A stretch of DNA of 10,646 nt from Amoeboradix gromovi X-113 (lineage: Eukaryota; Fungi; Sanchytriomycota). Below, piece after piece: positions 1-8,526 of this stretch. Numbering within the stretch: the first letter of the stretch is position 1; every line of letters begins with the position of its first letter. A program made the translations under genes and the position numbers. The notes under the pieces were generated by a model. The model was given only the letters and a program-made list of their open reading frames with translations, was not told where the DNA came from and did no database searches. The stretch covers positions 1 to 10,646 of the forward strand of contig JADGIF010000338.1 in the NCBI GenBank assembly GCA_018985225.1, read 5' to 3'.

Positions 1-9
1 TAAGAAAAT

Positions 10-235
10 GCACCTTTTGCTTAGATGCTCAAAGACCTCATATATTTGAACGAGATGCAGGGTCTTCTAGTTTTATTTTGAAGAGAGGATTGAAAGTAAT
101 GAAAGAAAATTGGTATAATAGAAGATCTTTTATTAATGATAGCATTTCCTCCGTGAGTTAGTCTAGTTTTTATATTTGGTGTCCCTAATATACCTGTCTT
201 ATGTAAAATGCATCATTTAATTGAAGGCTAGAAAC
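10..235 (-). repeat. Dispersed ~230-bp repeat, inverted copy of ~4050-4280
   Basis: Shared blocks include GGAGGAAAT, TTCTTTCATTA, TCCTCTCTT, TTCAAATATATGAGGTCTTTGAG and CTAAGCAAAAGGTGCA, plus weaker similarity upstream of the H hairpin. Confidence 0.85.
156..185 (-). repeat. Hairpin family H, copy 1 (3' arm deleted)
   Basis: Exact 30-nt reverse complement of 7941-7970 (GGGACACCAAATATAAAAACTAGACTAACT). Confidence 0.9.
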
Positions 236-399
236 CCAAAAGAATTAATTGATAATCGAATGCCATTTAAACATGGTACGAATCTTGATGTTTCTATTTT
301 TTATGAGCGACCCAAAAAGAGTACATTCCTTTCTAAACAAGCTCTGAAGCTGAAAGAGCTCGGTTCGGTTCTTTTTTCAAAGCTCTACTAAAGAGTGCA

Positions 400-890
400 T
401 ATTGACGTGAGAGGATAACAGTTTTGGATTATTAATGAATAAATAATTTATCGTGAATAGTTCAACTTTTTCGCTCCACTTTAATGCCTATCGATTCATT
501 AAAGTGCTAGCTCACGCTTAACCTCCTCGGGAAGAATTGAACATGGATGCATGTATTTCAAATTTGAGTTCCTTACTGCCTTCTAGTTTTTATCTTCTTT
601 AAAATAACCGTTTCAGTGTCTTAATACTAACTATACTTAAAAGTTTGTTATACAAGCACTGGCTTGTGGTTTAATGTCTTCCTTATGTTTATTGAGTCAA
701 ACACTCAACGATGATCTCATTCAAGGAATTAGTAGAAATAATAGGTGATTTTTGAATGTCTTGTAAATACCAAAAAAATTCTGGCGTTTGAAAGCACCAG
801 ACGGGTCCGGTAGTAAACTGCATTCAGTTCCCCTTGCTGATTTCGTTAGATATAACACAATCTTGTCATGGTGATCTGGAGACTAACCAG
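400..890 (-). mobile_element. Diverged Fanzor-like remnant plus scaffold and terminal hairpin, copy D
   Basis: Minus strand near 600-540 reads KEDKN*KAVRNSNLKYMHPCS and the DNA aligns to copy C (GCATCCATGTTCAAT...AAGCGTGAGC). Further upstream, DHHDKIVLYLTK (876-841) and LLPD (816-805) resemble the bridge-helix/RuvC-II region; that upstream part is less certain. Confidence 0.65.
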
Positions 891-1039
891 ATAAAATTAG
901 AGAATATCCAGTTTCATGCAATCAGAAGAGTATAGAATGAGATTGCGCTGAAGCGATAAACTCACTTGCCTAAGATAAATGGGTTGATCGATTAAATTTT
1001 ACTGTTGATTTTTATAAAAATCTCCTTGCAACCTTGGAT

Positions 1040-3058
1040 ATGGATCAAATCATTGTGAATAAGTTACATGTTCCTCTAATTGTTGGCGTTGATTTTTGGG
1101 AAAGAAAAAAACCGCAAAACGTTCTTATCACTATTAAACTAGGACATGATTTCGAAAAGGTTGCAATTACAGATGATATTCAGGATACATTGGATTACAC
1201 AAAATTACAAAAACAGTTGTCTAATACTGGAAATTTTGAAGACCTTGAGTCTCTTGTCAATCATTTATCTTCTTATAATGGTCAAGTGTTAGTTGAATTA
1301 CCTAGGGGTGCTTTGTTTTCTAGCTGTATTAAATTACAAAAGATTGAAAACTACTTCACTTATTTCATCCAAGATCTTCAAGTAGAAACCATTATTGGTG
1401 TGAATCCTCATGAGCGGATTTCTCTGCAGCCTATTCTTATACATCTTGAGATGAAATGCAGCTCTTCCTCAAGGGTCAATTATCGTTTAATTTGCAAAGA
1501 AATCCGTTGCCGTGCTAAGCTGGCATCCTTTAAAACTATCGAAGCATTGAACATACACTTATTAAAAGCTGTTTTTGATTGCCACTTATTTGATAGTGTC
1601 TCTATAACTATAGACAAAACTAGTGCTTTATCTTACGCTTCTTCCTCTCGAGTCGTTAGTTTCCGAAATCTTGAATGGTACAAACAAATTAAACCAAGAG
1701 TTAACAAATCTAACATATTCTTTCTTTCTATCGGCAGCAATGTTGATCCAATAACAAACATTCATAATGCTCTCGATAAAATTGAATTGTATTGCAATAT
1801 ACTAGACACATCATTCTTATACGAATCGCTGCCAATGTACATCAAAGACCAACCCAAGTTTTTAAATTGCGTTGTGAAAGCGAGCACCAACCTTGAACCT
1901 ATTGTGCTGTTAAAGTACCTAAAACAGACAGAAATGGACTTAAAAAGATTTGATAACTACGTCAAAAATGGCCCGCGTCCTATTGATTTGGACATATTGT
2001 ATTATGAATCATTGATTGTTCAGATTGACTCGCTTTCTATCCCACATCCAAGCATCCAGGAACGAGAATTCGTGCTACAACCAATGTGCGATATTGCACC
2101 TCACTTTGTACATCCTACATTGTCTAGGAATCAGCAGAAATTGCTGGACATACTACTTCAAACTAAACCCTCAGAATTGCGAAGAGTTATTCCTATCAAT
2201 GGTGAATTGTGGGATTTTAAATCAACAAAAATCATGGGGATATTAAACGTAACGCCAGACAGCTTTTCAGACGGAAATTCTTATAACACTGTAGATTTAG
2301 CGGTAGAAAGAATTAATGAAATGGTTTCAGAGGGAGCAGATATTATTGATATCGGCGGGCAGTCGACAAGGCCGAATGCACAGGATGTTGGCGTGGAGGA
2401 AGAGTTAAAGCGCGTTTTGCCTGTGCTAAAGTTATTAAATACAAGTGTACCCATATCCGTAGACACTTATAGATCAGTAGTGGCTAATGAAGTTATTCTA
2501 AATGGCGCATCGATAATTAACGATGTCTCATCATGTCAAGATCCACAAATGTTACAAGTTGTAAAAAAGCACAAAGTTCCAATCGTGATGATGCATATGA
2601 GAGGCAATTCCAGTACAATGTCCAGTCTTACGAACTATAAAAATGACACTGTTAATGTGGTGCAAAAAGAGCTGACGAACAAAGTTAGAACCGCCTTAAG
2701 CAGTGGGATACCAAGATGGCTAATTATTGTAGATCCTGGGTTAGGATTTGCAAAGACCGTCGATCAGAATATTGAACTGATCAAGTTAAAGTCTACATTT
2801 AACGAGGTTGCTGATTTCTCACATTCGGAGGCTTCCTACTGTGTTAATCTCTTCAAGACATTTCCCGTTTTAATGGGGCCAAGTAGGAAGGCATTTATTG
2901 GAGCCATGACTGATAAAGAAATCGCGAAAGACAGGGTTATGGGTACCGCAGCTGTCGTTACAGTTTGTATTGAAAATGGATGCAATTTTGTCAGGGTGCA
3001 TGATGTTAAAGAAATGAAAGAGGTAATAAAAGCAGCCGATTATATTTATAATAAATGA
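1040..3058 (+). CDS. FOL1: Trifunctional folate biosynthesis protein (tandem DHNA - HPPK - DHPS)
   Basis: Two DHNA-like repeats (IVGVDFWERKKPQ...DTLDY; IIGVNPHERISLQ...FKTIEAL), HPPK motifs (LSIGSN, FLNCVV, GPRPIDLDIL, PHPSIQEREFVLQP) and DHPS motifs (MGILNVTPDSFSDG, DIIDIGGQSTRP, SVDT, INDVS, MHMRG, DPGLGFAK, GPSRKAFIG, VRVHDV). The ORF track starts at TTG 1034; the first ATG is at 1040. No intron is needed. Confidence 0.95.
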   Translation: MDQIIVNKLHVPLIVGVDFWERKKPQNVLITIKLGHDFEKVAITDDIQDTLDYTKLQKQLSNTGNFEDLESLVNHLSSYNGQVLVELPRGALFSSCIKLQKIENYFTYFIQDLQVETIIGVNPHERISLQPILIHLEMKCSSSSRVNYRLICKEIRCRAKLASFKTIEALNIHLLKAVFDCHLFDSVSITIDKTSALSYASSSRVVSFRNLEWYKQIKPRVNKSNIFFLSIGSNVDPITNIHNALDKIELYCNILDTSFLYESLPMYIKDQPKFLNCVVKASTNLEPIVLLKYLKQTEMDLKRFDNYVKNGPRPIDLDILYYESLIVQIDSLSIPHPSIQEREFVLQPMCDIAPHFVHPTLSRNQQKLLDILLQTKPSELRRVIPINGELWDFKSTKIMGILNVTPDSFSDGNSYNTVDLAVERINEMVSEGADIIDIGGQSTRPNAQDVGVEEELKRVLPVLKLLNTSVPISVDTYRSVVANEVILNGASIINDVSSCQDPQMLQVVKKHKVPIVMMHMRGNSSTMSSLTNYKNDTVNVVQKELTNKVRTALSSGIPRWLIIVDPGLGFAKTVDQNIELIKLKSTFNEVADFSHSEASYCVNLFKTFPVLMGPSRKAFIGAMTDKEIAKDRVMGTAAVVTVCIENGCNFVRVHDVKEMKEVIKAADYIYNK

Positions 3059-3124
3059 TTTAACTGACATTCAGTATATAGTTAAAATCTAGCGAATTGG
3101 AAATTACCCACTTGGAATCGCGAA

Positions 3125-3811
3125 ATGAATTTCATTAGAAACTCAGACGGAAGCTACAAACTGAGCCAAGACTTAATATCACCCATTGATATGAATGGAA
3201 ATAACGCAATATTCGCTCCTATATTCCCGCTACATGATCCTGAAAATTTCTTACTACTTGACAGTGTACCTCAGAGTAAAACTTTTGAAGAGAAGGAACG
3301 AAGCCATGCAAACTTGCCTCCAAATCCATTAGAACACACCTACAATACGGCTATGGAAAGAACTCCATTAACAGTGAACTTTCCATTTCTTCATCGATTC
3401 TACCAGGAATCTAGTCCACTATCAATGCCGTCTTCACCTAGAGTGCCGAACCTAACCTGCAGTTTATGCGGTAAAGTGTTTAAGCATAGAGGCGATGTAA
3501 TGCGACATATGCAAAACGTACATGTTCAAAGAGAGGCATGTGTATTTTGTGGGAAACAGCTAAAAATCAATGGTCGAAGTGATGCTAAGATCAAGCACTT
3601 TGCTAGATGTCCTAGATTTGTTGCACTTCTGCCACCTAGAACGAGTAATGTCCCTGAACTAGCTAAAAGGGCATATCACTTGCTAAAGCACAAGATCCCA
3701 ATCTCTTTGAAGACATTGAATCTTCAGCTGTCTGAGATACAAGAGGAGGCTAGGAAACTTGTACTAACGCCCGCTTTAATTTCATCTTATCCAGTCTCCA
3801 TATTAGATTGA
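3125..3811 (+). CDS. Zinc-finger protein (one C2H2 finger plus a C2HC-type finger), probable transcription factor
   Basis: 228-aa ATG ORF with CSLCGKVFKHRGDVMRHMQNVH (C2H2) followed by CVFC...HFARC; Pro/Ser-rich N-terminal half. Confidence 0.75.
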   Translation: MNFIRNSDGSYKLSQDLISPIDMNGNNAIFAPIFPLHDPENFLLLDSVPQSKTFEEKERSHANLPPNPLEHTYNTAMERTPLTVNFPFLHRFYQESSPLSMPSSPRVPNLTCSLCGKVFKHRGDVMRHMQNVHVQREACVFCGKQLKINGRSDAKIKHFARCPRFVALLPPRTSNVPELAKRAYHLLKHKIPISLKTLNLQLSEIQEEARKLVLTPALISSYPVSILD

Positions 3812-4049
3812 ATAAATTAAGTATAGTAGTAACTTTCCTAGGTATCCATTCCATGTTTAGTAGTGCCGCCATCCTTGAAGGCCTATGTCCATACTTAGTA
3901 GCAAACAATCATGATTTTAGCAATCAAACTATCGTTTTGGCCACGATATATAATATTAGAGCATGATTCTCATGTCCTAAATCTTTTTCGCCTTCCGCAC
4001 TTTTATCATTCTCATCTTCATTGCATCTAAAATATTTATTGGATGTGTA

Positions 4050-4280
4050 TGTTTCTGGAACGAATTTAAGTGATTCCCATTTTGATAAATAGTATATGGC
4101 ACACCAAATATAAAAACTAGACCAAGTCGTTTTTAAAGTAGGTGCTCCATAAGGAGGAAATACTATTATTAATAAAAATCCTTCTTTCATTAATGTCACT
4201 CCTCTCTTTAAAATATAACAGAATGACCCACTATCTCTTTCAAATATATGAGGTCTTTGAGTGCCTAAGCAAAAGGTGCA
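4050..4280 (+). repeat. Dispersed ~230-bp repeat containing hairpin H2, partner of 10-235
   Basis: Same shared blocks as 10-235, in the opposite orientation. Confidence 0.85.
4095..4151 (+). repeat. Hairpin family H, copy 2
   Basis: TATGGCACACC-AAATA-TAAAAACTAGAC-CAA-GTCGTTTTTA-AAGTA-GGTGCTCCATA. Confidence 0.9.
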
Positions 4281-4322
4281 ACTAATCAGATTAATTTAAT
4301 TTAACTTACTATCGGTTAATAC

Positions 4323-4387
4323 ACACCTGAAATAATGATTCAAACTGTATCAGAAAGTTAGTCTAGTTTTTATATTTGATTTCCCAA
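4323..4387 (-). repeat. Hairpin family H, copy 3 (degenerate 3' arm)
   Basis: Minus strand reads TTGGGAAATCAAATATAAAAACTAGACTAACT...AGTT...TATTTCAGGTGT. Confidence 0.8.
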
Positions 4388-4790
4388 ATGTTTAACCTAG
4401 TTGATACCGGGCTAAGCTAATTTGCACGCGCTACGCAATCATTCGCCCATCAATATGGGATATGTCTAACTACAATTACTGCAGTTCCAATTTGTTTCTC
4501 TGCGTGTACATTAATTCAAGATTGTTTACAGGCCTTTGCAGGTTAGTAATTAATTGTATACCATACATATGAACTTTAGTGTAATCAAAAGTATGCAAGT
4601 CACCGCTGTTTTAACCATTTCATCACGTTCACTTACCGTGCTAATTTTGTCTAAATGCTCTTTAATAAGGTTTTGTCTTGGACAATAAATCTCCAATCTT
4701 CAGAATGCCAAGATTTCTTTTCACATTAATAACAAGTATCGATTGCATTTAATGTTTTCGAGGCAAAACTAGAGCTCTCGGTGCTACATA

Positions 4791-4847
4791 TGAGACTCTA
4801 CCATAATCCACAAAGACATAGTCTAGTTTTGTATTAGGTTAGTCTCG
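4791..4847 (-). repeat. Hairpin family H, copy 4
   Basis: Minus strand reads GAGACT-AACCTAAT-ACAAAACTAGAC-TAT-GTCTTTGT-GG-ATTATGG-TAG-AGTCTC, with a compensatory GAGAC/GTCTC outer stem. Confidence 0.75.
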
Positions 4848-4954
4848 ATAACAGTATTTTAATGTTGGAATTAAGCCTCTTAAATTTGAATTGAATTGCT
4901 CTGGGGTTCACTTAGATCAATTCCAAAATGTACGTACAATGAAACAAATTTTCC

Positions 4955-5165
4955 ATTGGTTTGGAGATAGCTAGAGACCACAAGGTAGAAAGGAATATAT
5001 ATTAGAAATGTATGCATCACTTCCAATCTTGCCTCATGCTGGTGAGAGCATGATCAATTCCTGTAATTGAGTGACTAAAATCCTTGGTGTCTGTGGAGAT
5101 TCTTGATTTTCTCGGAAATCAGGACTTTCAATGATTATTTACCATCTGGGAAATGATGTAAAAAG
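4955..5165 (+). mobile_element. Fanzor-like remnant plus scaffold and terminal hairpin, copy A
   Basis: From 4961 reads LEIARDHKVERNIY*KCMH (degenerate LEIDRDxMAARNIYLxxMH). The 24-mer GATTTTCTCGGAAATCAGGACTTT (5105-5128) is identical to 8632-8655. Confidence 0.8.
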
Positions 5166-5307
5166 ACAAATTTGAGAGAGGAGATAGTTAGTCCGCTTTC
5201 CCTAGTTTGTAGCCGAGAAAAGTGGGTCCCTGTTTAAAAAGTACTGAGGACTTTAGTAGTTTCTCCAGAATATTATTTTTTCATTTAAAAGTAATTTATT
5301 TTTATCG

Positions 5308-6729
5308 CTATTGCTCAGCAATTGGTCTTTTTAATGATTCTGCTTGAAGACTGGCCAATGCTTGTAATTTAGCTCCCAAACTCTGAGTCAATTCACCAGG
5401 GGTTCTTGATATCTTCACTGCCGTATCAAATTCATTTAATGCCTTTTCTATGTGCCCGGCTTGTACTAACAGTTGCGCGTATTGAATATAGATCATATCA
5501 CATTCAGGATCAATTTTTTTCGCAGCTTCAAATAGCTCTTGAGATTGGCTGAAATCGTGTTGAGCAACCACCATGGCCTTATTAATATATGCCAAAGGAT
5601 TTCCTGTTTTCTCAATTGCATTATCAAAACACTTCAACGCTTGCTTCCAGTTCATTTGGTCCAAAAATAACTCACCCAAGTAGAGGTCTATAGTACCATC
5701 ATCAAACTCCTTCTTGGTTTTGATCATTTGGCGTAATGCTTCGTCTTTGTCACTTCGATATAAACATGTTGCTTTTTGAATTTTGGCGTATCTGTGAGCA
5801 GGATTGTTTTTTATAGATTGATCAAAGTCGCTTATAGCCTCATTAAACAAGTTGCTTAACAAAAACATTTGGCCTCTATGATAGTATGCATCAGCTTTTT
5901 CAATAGAATTGGAAGCTATTTCAATGCCCTTGTTTAATTCCGACATACCTAATTCACCATTTCCGCGCTCAATTGTAATGTTCCCCATCTTCAAGTAAGC
6001 ATTGACATTAGGTTTAATGTCACAAGATTGTTCAAAATAAGAATAAGCAGAATCTAAATCATAGTAAAGAAAAGCGAATGTTCCTAGAAGATTCAATCTA
6101 ACATGTTCGTCAGTGGATTCACTGATTTTTAATAGATCTTGATGAGCCTTTTCATATTTCCCCTCATCTATTAAGTCAAAAATTTTGCTAAGAGACTTGT
6201 CGGAAATTTCTTCTTGGAAGAAATAAGAGTCAAAATAGCTCTTAACAAATGTAGAACTTGGCAAACGACGTTCAAGTGGCATACTTTTTACCAACTCAAT
6301 CATCCACTCATTCAGCGTATTTGAGTACTCCTGAGTATTATTAAGAATGGACAGGACCACAAGTTCTAAGATCGCCTCTTCAGTTCTATTCAGCTTGTGT
6401 AAACACAGAGCGCGGCGATATCTACCCTTTGTATACAATGGATCAAGAAGTAACGCATTTTCACAATCTTCCAAAGTTAGCTCATATTTTTGAAGCTGAA
6501 AATATGAAGCTGCTCTATTTCCGTAGTAAATGCTCTGTTCCTCCTGCTCAATGGCTTTTGTATATTGATCAACTGCAGTTGAATAGTCCTTTTCTTTATA
6601 TGCTAGATTGCCTAGCGCTTTAAAATCGACCTTTTCCTTTGGTTTTCTGTTCAAATATAAATAAAGAACTGCTGCAGATCCAACTGCTATAGTTGTAGAA
6701 ATAATGACAACCTTCCACTGCTGTTGCAT
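5308..6729 (-). CDS. TOM70: Mitochondrial import receptor Tom70 (TPR protein)
   Basis: N-terminal signal-anchor helix followed by basic residues, a chaperone-clamp TPR (FKALGNLAYKEKDY...YYGNRAASY...YTKGRYRRA), the LPSSTFVKSYFDSY motif typical of Tom70, and C-terminal TPRs (YYHRGQM, AKIQKA, LAYINKA, IDPECD). Confidence 0.9.
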   Translation of the reverse strand: MQQQWKVVIISTTIAVGSAAVLYLYLNRKPKEKVDFKALGNLAYKEKDYSTAVDQYTKAIEQEEQSIYYGNRAASYFQLQKYELTLEDCENALLLDPLYTKGRYRRALCLHKLNRTEEAILELVVLSILNNTQEYSNTLNEWMIELVKSMPLERRLPSSTFVKSYFDSYFFQEEISDKSLSKIFDLIDEGKYEKAHQDLLKISESTDEHVRLNLLGTFAFLYYDLDSAYSYFEQSCDIKPNVNAYLKMGNITIERGNGELGMSELNKGIEIASNSIEKADAYYHRGQMFLLSNLFNEAISDFDQSIKNNPAHRYAKIQKATCLYRSDKDEALRQMIKTKKEFDDGTIDLYLGELFLDQMNWKQALKCFDNAIEKTGNPLAYINKAMVVAQHDFSQSQELFEAAKKIDPECDMIYIQYAQLLVQAGHIEKALNEFDTAVKISRTPGELTQSLGAKLQALASLQAESLKRPIAEQ

Positions 6730-6851
6730 TGTGAACTCCCTGAAGATTTTACTTCAAGAAAAATGATGCGCCATAAACAGTCCACTCTTCTTAATTGAGC
6801 GTCGAGTATTTACCTCTTTGGAAAATATACTAATGCACTAGTTTGGTCTTT

Positions 6852-7017
6852 CTTTTGACGCAGAAAAAGGGTATTGGAGGCCTTGACTCCGTAAAAGTCC
6901 TGATTTCCAAGAAGATCGAGAATTTCCAGAGAACCTGGCAATGCTAGTAAATCCGTTAGTGATTGCTCAAGCTTTCACTACCCTGAGGCGGGATTGAATA
7001 AGGATGCATACATTTGT
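6852..7017 (-). ncRNA. Putative omegaRNA-like scaffold plus terminal hairpin, copy B
   Basis: About 13 differences over ~120 nt versus copy C by manual alignment, including an exact 28-mer TTCAATCCCGCCTCAGGGTAGTGAAAGC. Confidence 0.65.
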
Positions 7018-7122
7018 ATATATTCCTTGTGCCATATGGTCTCAATCTCCAAATGATAATTAATTCAAGTTTAGGTTTCTGAATTGGTTTTTTTAGAGTA
7101 CTACACCTTGTACATGCATAAT
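7018..7122 (-). pseudogene. TnpB/Fanzor2-like C-terminal remnant, copy B
   Basis: The reverse complement aligns with 8423-8526. The track ORF 6956..7168 contains the frameshift mosaic ACTRCSTLKK...TRNIY. Confidence 0.8.
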
Positions 7123-7940
7123 AAGTATTAAGATATCGCGTTGTTGCACATGTGGTAAGAACAATCACATACTAATTGTTAAATAAATGACTTAAAGCTT
7201 TATTTTTACCGTTGATCTCTTTTGAGGACGGGTTAAAAGACATCCAAATTTTCCATATTTGGGCCAGTTCCACAATGTTAAAGAATTTATGCTGCCACTA
7301 TTAGTTATTCTTTAGATTTGACATGCTCAGGATTATATGCATTGATTCCATTTACAATTTGCAAAAAGGAAGAACAACGAGTATTTAAGGTATTTTAAAA
7401 ATCTGGAAAATTCACGTGATATTGTACAAATACACACAGATTATCGATAGTTGATTTATTCTATAAAATTCGATAGCTTTTGGATCCAAATTTCTGCAAA
7501 TAAGACTTCTTGTATTTTCCTTCACCATTTTAGCCTTTTCTTGTAGTAAATTAACTTCGAATCTCAACTAGGACGGTTCTTCCTGTTTATGTTACAAATT
7601 TATGAAGAGAAGAGGTTAATAGAATAAAGCATTTATGGTAATAAAACGAATTAACCATCTAGACGTTATTCTAACTGGAGTGTTCTATTTGAATAAAAAT
7701 TCTTACTCGTATAAAAATATAATTCCTAGATGATTGCATATGAGTGTAGCAACCTTTAGTAAACTTCAGCTTGGTTTCCGCAAGCACTATCAATTGCTAG
7801 TTTTGGGGTGTTTGTCCATCCCTGACTTAAACGCAAATCTTACGAAATTGTCTCGGCATACTAACTGTTGCTTTAATTTCAATTCGACTTTTCTCTTGAT
7901 TCAGGAAATGTTTTAGAGAGTCACTCTTTTACGAACATAC

Positions 7941-7991
7941 GGGACACCAAATATAAAAACTAGACTAACTGGTTTTTAAAGGAGGTGTCCC
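7941..7991 (+). repeat. Hairpin family H, copy 5
   Basis: GGGACACC-AAATA-TAAAAACTAG-ACTAA-CTGGTTTTTA-AAGGA-GGTGTCCC. Confidence 0.9.
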
Positions 7992-8303
7992 ATACGATCA
8001 AAATATAATAAGAATGATGATAGGACATCATTTTATTTAATAATTGTTGCTACTTTGTAACGGGCCTTTGCTCTCTCTGTTGGAACAGCTCGATTGTTTT
8101 CTTGAATATATCATTTATCGCGAATTTGTATGGATTTTTATATGATTTCATGACTTTTCTAATAGCTTAAATACTCGATATTCTTCATTTTCGCAAATGG
8201 TAAATGGAATAAATAGATGTTATCCTGAATATGTCAATTCTAAAGAAATAATAAACAGGTACAGCATACATTCATCAACACTGATAAGCTGGTCCAAACA
8301 CGA

Positions 8304-8526
8304 AAATTCGATGCCATGTACAGTATGTGGCACTCTAAAGAAAACCAATTTGGAGAGCTATTCATGTACATAGTGTCGTTTGGAAGTGGACATGAACCAC
8401 ATGGCACCAAGGAACAAATTCGATGCCATGTACGAGGTATGGTACTTTAAAGAAAACTAATTTAGAAACCTTAACCTGTACAAATTGTCATTTGAAGATA
8501 GAGATTATATGGCTGCAAGGAACATA
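8304..8526 (+). pseudogene. TnpB/Fanzor2-like nuclease C-terminal remnant, copy C (two tandem zinc-ribbon/RuvC-III units)
   Basis: From 8311: MPCTVCGTLKKTNLESYSCT*CRLEVDMNHMAPRN. From 8423: MPCTRYGTLKKTNLETLTCTNCHL, then after a frameshift DRDYMAARNI (8497-8526). This matches the CxxC-CxxC-DRDxNAARNI end of TnpB/Fanzor. Confidence 0.85.

Noticed and set aside
340-396. Two small AGCTCT/AGAG hairpins downstream of copy D
   Set aside because: Stems of 5-6 bp with no counterpart in other copies; compatible with chance.
581-594. TAAAAACTAGA on the minus strand resembling the H motif
   Set aside because: No outer stem; it is better explained as the mutated D-R-D-Y codons (GAT AAA AAC TAG) of Fanzor copy D.
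3924-4199. 91-aa minus-strand ORF
   Set aside because: It runs across the H2 repeat, has no recognisable motifs and is not preserved in the partner copy.
4095-4387. H2 and H3 facing each other like the TIRs of a ~290-bp MITE
   Set aside because: Each is itself a hairpin, homology to 10-235 extends outside H2, and no target-site duplication is evident.
5146-5260. GGGAAA...TTTCCC pairing resembling another H copy, plus a second AGGACTTT near 5248
   Set aside because: Lacks the intact AAAACTAGAC motif and overlaps the copy A terminal hairpin; the matches are too short to support.
6956-7168. 70-aa ORF as a functional gene
   Set aside because: Non-ATG start and a frameshift mosaic of the Fanzor remnant; treated as a pseudogene fragment.
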